A stretch of 64,000 bases of DNA. Origin: Pyrobaculum sp. Its GTDB lineage: Archaea > Thermoproteota > Thermoprotei > Thermoproteales > Thermoproteaceae. The notes under the pieces were generated by a model. It was given only the letters and a program-made list of their open reading frames with translations, was not told the DNA's origin and did not search any database. Made by a program: the position numbers and the translations under genes. Shown piece by piece: positions 16,230 to 26,254 of this stretch. The stretch's first letter is position 1, and every line of letters begins with the position of its first letter. The DNA is taken from contig JBKBOT010000002.1 in NCBI GenBank assembly GCA_046293555.1, positions 15,765 through 79,764 on the forward strand, in the 5' to 3' direction.

Positions 16230-16394
16230 TTAAGCTATGTCTCTTTTTGTCAGGTAATAGACATATGCAGGACACCCACTGCCGTTGTTATGACAATATT
16301 TCTCAAGCTGACTTTTCCTAATTTTCCACTCCTCTGGCGGGATTAACACACACCGCACGCCGTCTGCCGTCTGGCGGTACATAAGACAACGCAT
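16230..16394 (-). CDS. 54-aa four-cysteine putative metal-binding protein
   Basis: MRCLMYRQTADGVRCVLIPPEEWKIRKSQLEKYCHNNGSGCPAYVYYLTKRDIA; TTTAAG box about 20-26 nt upstream; fills the gap. Confidence 0.7.
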   Translation of the reverse strand: MRCLMYRQTADGVRCVLIPPEEWKIRKSQLEKYCHNNGSGCPAYVYYLTKRDIA

Positions 16395-16446
16395 GGGGAT
16401 ATCTATATGTGGCTTAAATTCTTATTTTCTGCACTTACTCTACCCC

Positions 16447-16989
16447 GTGGAGTGCGACGTAGTGAGTGAATACGCCAAGGAGAGGGGTCTACCCGCTTTA
16501 AGAAAGAAGAGAGATCTTGTAGAGTGTGTAGTTGGGTCTCTCAAAATTGGGGTGTGGTGTCCAAGAGAGGAGTTTCCAGACTTCAGCGACGTGGAGTATT
16601 TACGCCAGGCGTTACATCTAGACTCGCTAGACGTGTTGATAATAGTGGCCTATAGGCCATATGTCTTGGTGGACTACATAAGCACCCTCCTAGAGAGAGC
16701 CTACAGGTGGTACGGCCTGAGATTTGAGGTCAAACTACTTGGCGTCAGCTCGATTGAGCTAGAGACGGGGCTAGAGGAGGCGTTTGGACGCGCCTTTGTG
16801 GAAAAACCACATAAACTAGACCAAGGCGTAGAGACTGAAGTCCACTGTCCCCAATGCACAAAAGGCCTCCTGAAGTTATACAGACGGGAGAAGTTCTTTT
16901 CGAAAAAATACCGCGGGAGAGTTGTGGAGAGTATCTACGGCTGTAGTCTCTGCGGCTTTAAGACAAGAAGCTTGCAGCTACTCGATTAG
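16447..16989 (+). CDS. hypothetical protein with C-terminal zinc ribbon
   Basis: CPQC...CSLC; GTG at 16447 chosen to avoid overlap with the divergent small gene. Confidence 0.7.
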   Translation: MECDVVSEYAKERGLPALRKKRDLVECVVGSLKIGVWCPREEFPDFSDVEYLRQALHLDSLDVLIIVAYRPYVLVDYISTLLERAYRWYGLRFEVKLLGVSSIELETGLEEAFGRAFVEKPHKLDQGVETEVHCPQCTKGLLKLYRREKFFSKKYRGRVVESIYGCSLCGFKTRSLQLLD

Positions 16990-17859
16990 CTCTGCTTGGG
17001 GGTCTATAGACCTTACGATCTTCCTCAAGAGGTCAGGCAGTTGGCTTTTTGTAAGTCTTTCTGGAATTACCGCAACTGCAGCTTCCCTATGTCCACCACC
17101 AGCGCCGAGGTTTTTGGCTAGAGTCGCCACGTCGAAATCACTAGATCTCATCACCACATGTACCCCATCTCTCTTTCTAGAGGCGACGATGGCAACCCTA
17201 CAGCCTAGAGACACCAGGAGAGAGGCTAAGTCGGACTCGTGGGCCCCCACGTGAGATGTGCATATTATGCCTAGAGAGGACTTATACGCCTCTACTCTCC
17301 TCAACCCCTTTAAAATAGCCACAACGTCTCTCCTCTCCTCACTCTCTTTTACCAAATCGCCAAAAACGCCGCCAGATTTTTTTAACAACTGAGAGAGAGC
17401 TAGGAGAGTTCTATAGTCCGCCCTCTTTAGCCTACCTGTGTCTGTATAGATGCCTAACGCAGCTAGTTTAATTACGTCTAGGGGGAGGTCTACCCCCGCC
17501 TCGCCGGCTAGCTCTAAAGCCACCTCGGTACAACTAGGGCGGTTTTCACAAATCCCCACGACCTCATCCCCAGCGTAATGGTGGTCAACTTTAAAAAACC
17601 TTTTTGGCAGCGGCGGCACTTGGCTAAGAGAGGCCACGTCGGCCAGTATGTATAAGTCGACGTCTGTAGGGAGAATTTCCACACAGCCGCCTAGAGGCGA
17701 CCCCTCGGGACATACCACAGCCACCACCTCTACCCCCATTTTTTTGAGAACTAGCTCTAGTATTTTTGCACATGCAAGCGCGTCGGCGTCTGCCCTGCGG
17801 TGTGTGACAACCGCCACCCTCCTGGCGTCTCCAAGAAGCTCTCTTAATCTTCCCAACAC
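16978..17859 (-). CDS. DHH-family phosphoesterase with DHHA1 domain
   Basis: THRRADADA, VDHH, TDTG, GGGHREAA. Confidence 0.9.
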   Translation of the reverse strand: MLGRLRELLGDARRVAVVTHRRADADALACAKILELVLKKMGVEVVAVVCPEGSPLGGCVEILPTDVDLYILADVASLSQVPPLPKRFFKVDHHYAGDEVVGICENRPSCTEVALELAGEAGVDLPLDVIKLAALGIYTDTGRLKRADYRTLLALSQLLKKSGGVFGDLVKESEERRDVVAILKGLRRVEAYKSSLGIICTSHVGAHESDLASLLVSLGCRVAIVASRKRDGVHVVMRSSDFDVATLAKNLGAGGGHREAAVAVIPERLTKSQLPDLLRKIVRSIDPQAELIE

Positions 17860-18110
17860 TTCTTAACCTCTGCCGCCTCTAGGGGCCACCCCCTTTCTTT
17901 AACCAGGTCGGCAATACATATGCCAAATTCCGCGGCCTTATCAGCAGTCTCCTGTAGATACCTGTCGTCTACCAAAACACTCGCCTCTATCTCCACCTCT
18001 ACCTCTACGCCCCCTTCTAGAAAAGCCACATGGATAATGGCGTTTTTAAGAGCGTCTCCCAGTCTCTTCTCTATAAATTTGGCGACTTGTGTCGATATAA
18101 AAACCTCCAT
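17844..18110 (-). CDS. conserved small protein (DUF3194-like)
   Basis: VEVEIEASVLVD motif; usual position downstream of prefoldin beta. Confidence 0.6.
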   Translation of the reverse strand: MEVFISTQVAKFIEKRLGDALKNAIIHVAFLEGGVEVEVEIEASVLVDDRYLQETADKAAEFGICIADLVKERGWPLEAAEVKKCWED

Positions 18111-18117
18111 CTAGTTT

Positions 18118-18492
18118 TTATCCACCACCCTTGGCGGCCTCTTGGCCTCTAAGCCTCGAAATCTCCTTATTTATCTCCTCTCTTAGCCTTTCCAGCTGTT
18201 CTCGCAACATAGACTCTTGCTTTGTTAAAGTCTTTACATGTAGTTCTAAAAGCTCTTTTCTGTCTTTTAGCTCCTGTAGTGCTGCATCTCTATCTACCTG
18301 TAGCAAGAAGTTTCCCACGCTTTTATACACCTTGGCGTCTTGAGACAACTTCTCTATCTCCATAATGGCTTTCTCCACCTCTTTTAACTCTGCCTCATAC
18401 TGCTGCTTTTTTAGCAAGACGTTTTGTAGCTGCGTCTGGGCTTGGTTAAACCGGTTGGCGAGATCTTGAAGAGATGGTGGCACCTGCGCCAT
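18118..18492 (-). CDS. pfdB: prefoldin beta subunit
   Basis: Coiled coils flanking VYKSVGNFLL. Confidence 0.93.
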   Translation of the reverse strand: MAQVPPSLQDLANRFNQAQTQLQNVLLKKQQYEAELKEVEKAIMEIEKLSQDAKVYKSVGNFLLQVDRDAALQELKDRKELLELHVKTLTKQESMLREQLERLREEINKEISRLRGQEAAKGGG

Positions 18493-18521
18493 TGGGAGCT
18501 ACCTGCATCAGCTATATAAAT

Positions 18522-18743
18522 TTACTCTTGTAGCGATTCTACAAATTTTACAAGGTATATAGACCTAAAGACCGTGTGTAAAAGCGATCTGAGGCTAGAG
18601 ACGTCAGATGCAGTCGCGATAATTTCACCACGGCGAACATAGAGACGTCCTCTCCTAAACTGTACCTCACGTTCTAACGTTTTAAACACCCTATAGACCA
18701 GCTCTCCCTCTATTTTTACCACCAGCCTATATACCTCCGTCAT
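18522..18743 (-). CDS. pcc1: KEOPS subunit Pcc1
   Basis: IIATASDVSSLRSLLHT motif; syntenic position. Confidence 0.75.
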   Translation of the reverse strand: MTEVYRLVVKIEGELVYRVFKTLEREVQFRRGRLYVRRGEIIATASDVSSLRSLLHTVFRSIYLVKFVESLQE

Positions 18744-18752
18744 AGTTTCTAG

Positions 18753-19310
18753 CTATAGCTGTGGCATGTCGTAACGATAGGCCACCTCTCTGATCTTCAA
18801 GGTGGAGGCCCTGGGGCCTAGATCTTTTCCAAGTATCTCCACCACATATCTCTCCCCCTTTTTAATCAAGATGATAGTGTCAAACCTCCCCCTGACCTTC
18901 TCTAGGCTATATACCTTCGGATATTGAAAAATCTCTACAAAAATATCGCCCAGCTCTCCCCCCGCCTCGTCTATAATGACCGCACTTTTTGCAGGTGGCC
19001 TCCTGGAGATATAGATGGGGAAATCTCTACGGGTCACAACCCCCCCGATTTTCAGGAAGTATGGCTCCCACCTCTTTAACGTAACGCTATAAAACAGGAG
19101 GAGGGAGGGCATCCCCCTGCGGTCCCACATAAAAGCTAGGTGACGGGCCCCACATATCGTCGCCTCCTCTAGAAGTGCGGCAAACGACTTCTTTCCTCTG
19201 GCGATTTTTTTACACCCCGGCAGGGAGTTAACCAGATCGTTAATTAACTCGAGAGTTTTTTTAGAGGGAAGACGTGAGGTAGTTATGGCTACCTGGCAGC
19301 CTCTTTCCAT
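18753..19310 (-). CDS. Brix/IMP4-like ribosome biogenesis protein
   Basis: ITTSRLPS, RGKKS, RRGMPS. Confidence 0.85.
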   Translation of the reverse strand: MERGCQVAITTSRLPSKKTLELINDLVNSLPGCKKIARGKKSFAALLEEATICGARHLAFMWDRRGMPSLLLFYSVTLKRWEPYFLKIGGVVTRRDFPIYISRRPPAKSAVIIDEAGGELGDIFVEIFQYPKVYSLEKVRGRFDTIILIKKGERYVVEILGKDLGPRASTLKIREVAYRYDMPQL

Positions 19311-19594
19311 CTAGCCTTTTGGGTTTCTACCTCCTTTAGTTCCTCTGGCGTTAAGGCCTTGCCCAGTATAGTCTGAGGGGCCCACGCGCCGCCGGCAAAA
19401 GTGAAGCCACACTTGGGGCATTGCCATATGCCAAAGGCAAGCCGCCTGAGTCTCACTAGAGATCTACAAGAGGGGCATCTATGTTTGCCTCTCTGCTTTA
19501 CCTCTATGGTGGTGATCTTACGGCGGATTCCCATCCCGTATCTGGCGCCATACCTCCCGGCAGGTCCCACAATTTTTGTGTGGCTAAATGGCAT
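19289..19594 (-). CDS. rpl37ae: 50S ribosomal protein L37Ae
   Basis: GRYGARYG, CPSC...GIWQCPKC..FAGGAW. Confidence 0.96.
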   Translation of the reverse strand: MPFSHTKIVGPAGRYGARYGMGIRRKITTIEVKQRGKHRCPSCRSLVRLRRLAFGIWQCPKCGFTFAGGAWAPQTILGKALTPEELKEVETQKARWKEAAR

Positions 19595-19609
19595 GGAGCT
19601 CTGTAATTC

Positions 19610-20431
19610 TTATCTTAAAAACTTTTTTAAAAACTCGACAAGCTTCTCTCTCCCCCTTGCGGCGAGCTCCAAGGCGGCCTCTAGTTCTGTCCGCGTGAAG
19701 CCGCCTAGAGTCTTCTGGATCGCCACAATCCTGTCTTGCGAAAAGGTAAACGTGATGCGGCCCTCTAGGCTAAGCTCTTCTTCAAATGTGGGGTCTAGGA
19801 ACAACACGTCGCCAATCTTCCCCACAGAGATTGCCACAGGGACTTTTTCGACGTCTATTGGCAACTTTACTCTGTTTTCTCTATCTAGCTTAACCCCAGT
19901 CTCTTCCCTTGTGACTACGGGCAATGTGGCGTTTTTTAACGCCGCCACGGCGGCGATGTTGGCTGCGTCTATTAAGTTCCCGTCGTCATTTATCACATAT
20001 AGGTCTACCCACAGTACGTAGGCCTTCCCGCCTTCTACCACTAGTTTCTTGAAGTCCACATATCCGCAATGTCTAATGCCGCGGTCTACCACTCTGGCTA
20101 GCTCGATGGCAGACTCGTCGGGAGGCCCCACTTCTGTATACGGCGAGGCGTGAGGCAACATCTCTGCATTTACCACCAATACCCCTTCATCTGGCGCATC
20201 TGGGAAAGGCTGTCCAAGCCCCACTTTTACGCCAGCAACTACATGAGTCTTCCCAAGTCTAACCTCTGCAGAGCCGTCTGCAGTTTTTGTCACGCCTATT
20301 TTCACCTCGCCATCTCGTAGTCGGTCTAGCGGCCTGCCGTCAATTCTCGTCTTAGATATGAGTAGCCTCCTAATTTGTTCACGCCGTAGGTATGAGATAA
20401 AACGCTTGCCGTATGGAGAGATAGACGCCAT
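19610..20431 (-). CDS. rrp42: exosome complex component Rrp42
   Basis: RIDGR, PFPDAPDEG, ELARVVDRGIR, DDGNLIDA. Confidence 0.95.
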   Translation of the reverse strand: MASISPYGKRFISYLRREQIRRLLISKTRIDGRPLDRLRDGEVKIGVTKTADGSAEVRLGKTHVVAGVKVGLGQPFPDAPDEGVLVVNAEMLPHASPYTEVGPPDESAIELARVVDRGIRHCGYVDFKKLVVEGGKAYVLWVDLYVINDDGNLIDAANIAAVAALKNATLPVVTREETGVKLDRENRVKLPIDVEKVPVAISVGKIGDVLFLDPTFEEELSLEGRITFTFSQDRIVAIQKTLGGFTRTELEAALELAARGREKLVEFLKKFLR

Positions 20432-20432
20432 G

Positions 20433-21173
20433 TTACCTCCCGTATATCTCCTCTGCGATAGATATATAGCGGCTTTTTAACGCCTCGCGCGCCTTTTGGT
20501 AGACATAGTTAGCGCCCCTCACCGCAAGACTGAGCGCCTCTAAAAACTTCTCTCTAGTCCAAGCCCCATCTAGCTGGAGTAGCGTAAATCTCTGGAGGTT
20601 TGGCATATATCCCACCGGCAGGTCGCCCTCGCCATATTGGTCCTCAAGCCCGTTTAAATCTAACACAACGACGCCGTCTATAAGCCCCACAGAGACGCCA
20701 ACCACCAGATCCCTCATGTAGATACCCGCGTCGGCTAGCGCAAGCGCTGCTGCTGTAAGCGACGCCACGCGTGTAGATCCATCTGCCTGTAGTATCTCTA
20801 TAAATACGTCAATTCTAGATCGGGGATATTGTTCTAACATGACGGCAGGCTCTAACGCCTCTCTTAACACCTTACTTATCTCAATCTCGCGCCTAGAGGG
20901 CGCCGGGCTTTTACGCTCGTCTTTTGTGCTAAAAGGAGCCATGTGGTATCTCACCCTCATGACTCCTCTATCTGGAAGAGAGAGGTGGCGGGGGTGCATC
21001 TCCCTTGGGCCATATACGGCAGCCACGGCGGTGGTAAGCCCATAGGAGGCCATGGCGGAACCATCCGCGTTGCTCACAACCCCCACAGAGATCTGGATAT
21101 CTCTCATCTGGTCTACAGCCCTCCCGTCGCTTCTCACGCCGTTTTGTAATAAAGGTACTGGCGGCTTCTTCAT
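20433..21173 (-). CDS. rrp41: exosome complex exonuclease Rrp41
   Basis: VYGPRE, YHMAPFS, SRREIEISK, QADGSTR. Confidence 0.96.
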   Translation of the reverse strand: MKKPPVPLLQNGVRSDGRAVDQMRDIQISVGVVSNADGSAMASYGLTTAVAAVYGPREMHPRHLSLPDRGVMRVRYHMAPFSTKDERKSPAPSRREIEISKVLREALEPAVMLEQYPRSRIDVFIEILQADGSTRVASLTAAALALADAGIYMRDLVVGVSVGLIDGVVVLDLNGLEDQYGEGDLPVGYMPNLQRFTLLQLDGAWTREKFLEALSLAVRGANYVYQKAREALKSRYISIAEEIYGR

Positions 21174-21865
21174 GGTTTTGACTTGTATTTCTCTATTTCT
21201 GCCTTTATCCTGTCTGTTAGCCCCATGACGTGACTCTCGGCCTCTATCTTCTTGATGAGACTAGCTAAAAACACCTCATCTCTTGGATCTTTACATCTTA
21301 TCAAAACTCTGCCGTTTTGGCCAACCACAATGTCGCACCCTACCTCCATCAATGTGTTTAACATGGTGCCCTTCTTTCCAATCACCCTGGGTATTTTCAC
21401 TGGAGATATTTCGATCACAGAGCCGCTCTCCACTTTGCCCACTCTCTCTTCTTTCAGCGTGAGGATTATGGGATATTCGTCTGTCATATCTACATCTTTC
21501 ACCTTGGCGACAACCACATCGCCTATATTGAGAAAAGTGGCCAAAGGAGTGGACTCCAGCTCGACGTGTTTATGTAACGCCTCGTTAACAGGCAGGTAGG
21601 CAGGCAGGAAGGACTTAACATCTACCTCCCACCCCGTGGCCAACACGTCTGTAATATAGCCAATCACTAAGTCCCCCCTCTTTGCCCTATAGACACCCTC
21701 AAGGGCAACTACAACCACGGTGTCGTCTCTAAACTCTACTAGACCTACCACAGAGCTACGATACCTGCCATTATCTAAATATACCGGCCCCTCTATTTTG
21801 CTATCTGCGGTGGCCACCAAGTCGCCTGGAAATACCAGCTGGCGGGGAGTTACGTAGTACATCAA
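21170..21865 (-). CDS. rrp4: exosome RNA-binding subunit Rrp4
   Basis: S1 plus KH domains (PRVIGKKG, VGQNGRV). Confidence 0.95.
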   Translation of the reverse strand: MMYYVTPRQLVFPGDLVATADSKIEGPVYLDNGRYRSSVVGLVEFRDDTVVVVALEGVYRAKRGDLVIGYITDVLATGWEVDVKSFLPAYLPVNEALHKHVELESTPLATFLNIGDVVVAKVKDVDMTDEYPIILTLKEERVGKVESGSVIEISPVKIPRVIGKKGTMLNTLMEVGCDIVVGQNGRVLIRCKDPRDEVFLASLIKKIEAESHVMGLTDRIKAEIEKYKSKP

Positions 21866-22560
21866 TACACAACCTCAAGTATTCTTACGTCAGCCTCCCC
21901 GTGAGTGACGTCATTTACCTTAGAGATTAACACGTCTTGTAGACCTGCCGGAAGCTCAACAGCGGCCTCCCAAGAGCCGTCTGACCTATACCGCTCGTTA
22001 ACTATTTTCGCCATTTTTGCCACAAGGCCTTTAACCCTCTGTGCATATGTAGAGGGTACTGAAAGCGCCACGCGCGCAGTGGCGATTTTTATAGGTAACA
22101 CCTTTTGTAACTCCTTTAAGACCTCCTGCACTTGTTCCTCTACTGACTTAAAGGGGTCTATAGAGACTCTAGCCTGTTCAATGGCGTTTTCCACTCTTTG
22201 AGGCGGCACTGGAGTTTTGGTGCGGACATCTATACAGTTTCTAGAAATCCACTCCACAATCTGTCTCTTCTTGTCCTCTACCAGCTTTCTACGTTGCTCG
22301 GCGGTAAGCGGTATCTCTCCCTCCTTTATGATAATCTCTGCAATCTTTCTCACATCTGTCGTGCCGAAGACTTTTTTTAAAGTCTGTTCAGAAGCCCTAA
22401 GGCCCTTCCTGGCGTCCTTATAGACCTCCTCGTGGACAAGCACCTTGTCGATACCAAGAGGCTTGCCCATTCTCAAATCTAAAGCAGCATCGGGGTCAAT
22501 TAAGATCTCAAAATGTTCTCCAGACTTGTCAAGTTTAGCCACAGCCACTTTTTTCGTCAT
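21862..22560 (-). CDS. ribosome maturation factor SBDS
   Basis: FGTTD..KIA..II.EGE, PVPPQRVENA, IDPFK. Confidence 0.95.
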   Translation of the reverse strand: MTKKVAVAKLDKSGEHFEILIDPDAALDLRMGKPLGIDKVLVHEEVYKDARKGLRASEQTLKKVFGTTDVRKIAEIIIKEGEIPLTAEQRRKLVEDKKRQIVEWISRNCIDVRTKTPVPPQRVENAIEQARVSIDPFKSVEEQVQEVLKELQKVLPIKIATARVALSVPSTYAQRVKGLVAKMAKIVNERYRSDGSWEAAVELPAGLQDVLISKVNDVTHGEADVRILEVVY

Positions 22561-22581
22561 TGGACAAAAGTCTGACTTGGT

Positions 22582-24156
22582 TTATATCTTTAAAGACTGC
22601 GTCGTTTCGCCCTCTTGTGTAGTTAAGGTGTGTTTTACCAACTCATCTACCGTGACGCCAAGTTTTTTCTCTATTAGCCGGTGTAGGTTGGCAGATAGCT
22701 TTTCCTTGTCAACATTCACGATAATAGATAGGTTGGATGAGATCTCGTCTACATATCTAGCGAGCGATATGTATCTGTTTAATAGCTCCATTTCTCGCTC
22801 CTTTCTGGCAAGATACAGCCTTAGCTTCTTCGCGGCGTCTCTAATTGCAAGTCTGATTTCTTTCTCTATTTCGGGGACTTCCGCCACGGCCTCTTTTCCA
22901 GCAGAGGCGTAGGGGATTTTTGTAGAACATATGTGGATAATTACCGCAAGCGGCGCCGGCAGTTTTATCCTGTAGTTCTGCCAGTTAAACTCGTCTACTA
23001 CTTTTCTAGACACGTCTGCCCCCTCGTCGTATAGCAACGGGATCTTGTTGGCATATCTTAACAAAAGCGGCCTGTCTAGAGGCGGTATCTGGCCTCCCCA
23101 CGCCACCGCCGCCTCTACCACAAAGGGGTGCCCCCCATAAGACTCAGGCTTTCTGGTGACTGCAAAAACTGCCTCAGCCCCCAAAATCGCCCTGACGCCT
23201 ATCTCTAATAGCTCCGCCCCTACTGGAGATAGCCACTCAGAACGGGGTCTTTTCCACTCGTCATATTGCTTCATCTTTTCTACGAGCGTGACTAACTCCT
23301 CAGGCGTCAGAGCTGTTGTCTTCATGTTTGGATTAAAGCCGGCCTGTTGGAGAAAGGCAGCTGCCGTCTTCTCCCCCACACCGTCAAAGTTGGAGATTAG
23401 AAACTCGAATAGCGTCTTGCCCCTATTTTCTAAAAGCATGTACTTCATAGTGTCTACATCTACGCTCTTGGGGTGAGGCAAGCCCTCCCTGGGGGCTGGG
23501 GGGAGCTTTGTGGTACGTCTTTTTAGCCAAAGCTCCATGTCTGGCCCCCTAAATATAATCTCGGCATAGGGCGCAATTATGGCAGTTCTCTTTAGATATT
23601 CTTCAATTCTCTTCTTGGCCCCCTGCCAGTTTCCCTCTAGGTAAACTTTTACCGCGGTGCCATGCCACCTGTATTTATTTACATACTCTCTTCTATCGAG
23701 TATTATGGGGCTATTATTGTTGGTATCAATCATGATTTGGTACTCATAGATCTTCTCGGATTTGATGGTAGCAGACCTCACGAGGACGGGCTTGTTGGTA
23801 GTATTTTGCGCATATAACACAACCATCTTGAGGCCAAGGCCGAAGACGCCCCTATGTTGTTTGATTCTATATTTACTACTGTAGAACACCTTCCCAAATA
23901 CGTTGGGGACCTCGTTTCCGGGTATCCCAATGCCGTTATCCTCTGCATATACAGAAACCCAGCTCTTTTGTTCATCCTCGGCGGCGATTTTTAGATATAT
24001 AGTGGGAAGGATTCCATATGTCTCAGTGGCGTCTAGAGAGTTTTCGGTAAGCTCTCTAATGGTTTGGTATAACGCCCTTGTGGAGTTGTGAAAGCCTGCA
24101 AGCTCTCTATTACGTCTAAACCATTCGGCAACAGGTAAGGCCTCGTATGTGTACAT
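22582..24156 (-). CDS. top6B: DNA topoisomerase VI subunit B
   Basis: RELTENSLDA, EDNGIG, RGVFGLG, PHP, RYANKIPLLYD. Confidence 0.96.
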   Translation of the reverse strand: MYTYEALPVAEWFRRNRELAGFHNSTRALYQTIRELTENSLDATETYGILPTIYLKIAAEDEQKSWVSVYAEDNGIGIPGNEVPNVFGKVFYSSKYRIKQHRGVFGLGLKMVVLYAQNTTNKPVLVRSATIKSEKIYEYQIMIDTNNNSPIILDRREYVNKYRWHGTAVKVYLEGNWQGAKKRIEEYLKRTAIIAPYAEIIFRGPDMELWLKRRTTKLPPAPREGLPHPKSVDVDTMKYMLLENRGKTLFEFLISNFDGVGEKTAAAFLQQAGFNPNMKTTALTPEELVTLVEKMKQYDEWKRPRSEWLSPVGAELLEIGVRAILGAEAVFAVTRKPESYGGHPFVVEAAVAWGGQIPPLDRPLLLRYANKIPLLYDEGADVSRKVVDEFNWQNYRIKLPAPLAVIIHICSTKIPYASAGKEAVAEVPEIEKEIRLAIRDAAKKLRLYLARKEREMELLNRYISLARYVDEISSNLSIIVNVDKEKLSANLHRLIEKKLGVTVDELVKHTLTTQEGETTQSLKI

Positions 24157-24179
24157 GGAATACCCGTCGGTGGGCCGGG

Positions 24180-25061
24180 TTAAATGTTTTTAACGCAGTT
24201 AGCAATTTCCACAATTTTTGTGGCTACATCTATGGCGTCAAGACCGACGACGTATGCATTTGGCTCAATCCCCTTCCCGCCTCTGTCGTAAACTACGTCG
24301 TATATCTCTCTTTGAAACGCCTTGGCCACGTTGTTTATTATATCTTCCTCACTGTCGCTAGGCCCCACCTCTATGGCTGCCATCTTTTTCTCTACGCAAG
24401 AGAAGGCCACATAAGCCACGTTGGCCACAGCCTTGACGCTAGGCCACATCTTGTATATCTCGTCGAGAAGTCTTGCCAGAAACCGAGACGCGCCAACTCT
24501 TGGCTTGCCTCTAGCAACTAACTGCGTGCCTTCTGTATAGATCCTCCCGGGGAAGCCCACGTGGCCCTCTGGCCCAAGCTCAACTATGTTCATGAGCACT
24601 TTCGGCACGAGTTTGTGGCAGTTTTCACAATTCCTTAATATCTCGAAGGCGACTTCTAGCTTTCTGACGGTCTCTGTATAGATGTATATGTCTTTACAGA
24701 TCTCACAAGTTTGAAGGGCTGGATAAGACGACCTGTGGAGTTGACATAACTTAAGAGATGTGAGGAGAGTCATGGAGTAATTATTGATATAGCGTAGCGT
24801 CTCTACAATCGACATATCTACTAGCGCCAGTGCCGATCTGACAAGACTTTGGAGCTGCCGCCTGTCTATTATCCTGAGGAGTTTTTCCTCATAGTGGCTC
24901 TTTGGGTTTTTTAGATACATACTCACGGCGGGTTGTGAAATGCCTAATATCTGGCCGATCCGGCTTTGGGAGTACCCCCTTTCAGCCAGCTCGTGAGCAA
25001 TCACGCCTTTTAACGGGCTTACGAACACCTCTACGACGTATTCAATTGGCAACACAGACAT
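24180..25061 (-). CDS. HTH plus ThiN-domain protein (ThiR-like regulator)
   Basis: N-terminal HTH SQSRIGQILGISQPAVSMY; PKVLMNI, FPGRI, DRGGKGIEP; ATG at 25061. Confidence 0.8.
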   Translation of the reverse strand: MSVLPIEYVVEVFVSPLKGVIAHELAERGYSQSRIGQILGISQPAVSMYLKNPKSHYEEKLLRIIDRRQLQSLVRSALALVDMSIVETLRYINNYSMTLLTSLKLCQLHRSSYPALQTCEICKDIYIYTETVRKLEVAFEILRNCENCHKLVPKVLMNIVELGPEGHVGFPGRIYTEGTQLVARGKPRVGASRFLARLLDEIYKMWPSVKAVANVAYVAFSCVEKKMAAIEVGPSDSEEDIINNVAKAFQREIYDVVYDRGGKGIEPNAYVVGLDAIDVATKIVEIANCVKNI

Positions 25062-25095
25062 CACATTTTTTAAAATAAATAGAGTTTTAGGGGCG

Positions 25096-26010
25096 ATGGT
25101 AGAACGTGTAGAGGTGGGTATTGCCCACAAGCAGGCCTCTGTGTATTTAACAAACCTAACTTTCGTCACGGGGGTGGGCAAATCCACATTTCTCGAAATA
25201 CTCTACAGCGTGTTCTCTAGTGTCGGAAAAAAAATTCCAAATGTGGGAAAGATGTGGCGTATCTCCATAGAGGATAAAGACATCTCTTACGGCATCCAGG
25301 TGGACACACGGCGTGTTAGACAAAACGTGAAGGTTAAGGGAGAGGAGATCATATTTGAATATATACCACACAAGTCTTTACATAAATTGATAAAGCCAAT
25401 AGATTTAGGTATAGTCAATGCCGACGTCATAATACCTGAGGTCCGCACCAAAGAACATGTGTCTATAATCGCGGAGGAGGATTTAGAGCATCTAAATAAC
25501 CTCCTGAATGAGGCCAGACGGCGTTTAGACATACGTGTTAAAATACTTGGGCCATACCTGAGCCCACGTTCTCTAGTAGACTCCACGACAAGACATGTCC
25601 TAGATAGACATGGCCGTAATCTCACCGGCGTGTTGGCCTACCTCTCGCTCTATAAGCCCACCGCATATGACTCAATTAAAACACAGCTGAGAAAACTGGG
25701 CTTCAGCCTCTCTGTCGGCTTGGCGAGGCCAGGCAAGATAGGGGCCTTTCTTATAACCAAGTCAACAAAGCTACCTCTCTCAAAAGCCCCATGTTCCATA
25801 AAGTCGTTTTTGGCTATATCTACAGCTCTCGAGTTAAGGCCAGACCTCCTGATAGTTGACAACTTTGATTTCTGTCTCACGAGACAGGTAGCTGAAGTCT
25901 TGTCCTCAGCTATTAGACAAAAAGATGTTAAGATACTTGCCGAGCTACATAACCAAGATTTTGCAGATTGGATTGATGTAAGTAAAACAGTAGTAGAGGT
26001 AAAGCTTTAG
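25096..26010 (+). CDS. degenerate ABC-type (AAA_15/AAA_21-like) ATPase
   Basis: TGVGKST, LDRHGRNL, LLIVDN, ELHN. Confidence 0.65.
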   Translation: MVERVEVGIAHKQASVYLTNLTFVTGVGKSTFLEILYSVFSSVGKKIPNVGKMWRISIEDKDISYGIQVDTRRVRQNVKVKGEEIIFEYIPHKSLHKLIKPIDLGIVNADVIIPEVRTKEHVSIIAEEDLEHLNNLLNEARRRLDIRVKILGPYLSPRSLVDSTTRHVLDRHGRNLTGVLAYLSLYKPTAYDSIKTQLRKLGFSLSVGLARPGKIGAFLITKSTKLPLSKAPCSIKSFLAISTALELRPDLLIVDNFDFCLTRQVAEVLSSAIRQKDVKILAELHNQDFADWIDVSKTVVEVKL

Positions 26011-26021
26011 GTATATGTATA

Positions 26022-26249
26022 CTACACGTATACAACCTCTTTCAGCTCTTTAACAAGTTTTACAACCTCTTTCAGCTCCTCTATCTCGCGGTTAGCTAGA
26101 CGTTCAGCCTCTGTTAACACCTCGAGAGAGGGTCCGCCTACCTCAAATTCATAAATTATGTAGTTTACTATAGATCTGGCCCCCAAGCTCTCTAGCCCAG
26201 TGGCGAAATCTTTTAGCTTTTTTACCACATCTTCAGGAAGTCTCTCCAT
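26022..26249 (-). CDS. hypothetical helical protein
   Basis: 75-aa ORF coupled to the upstream gene. Confidence 0.65.
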   Translation of the reverse strand: MERLPEDVVKKLKDFATGLESLGARSIVNYIIYEFEVGGPSLEVLTEAERLANREIEELKEVVKLVKELKEVVYV

Positions 26250-26254
26250 ATGTC

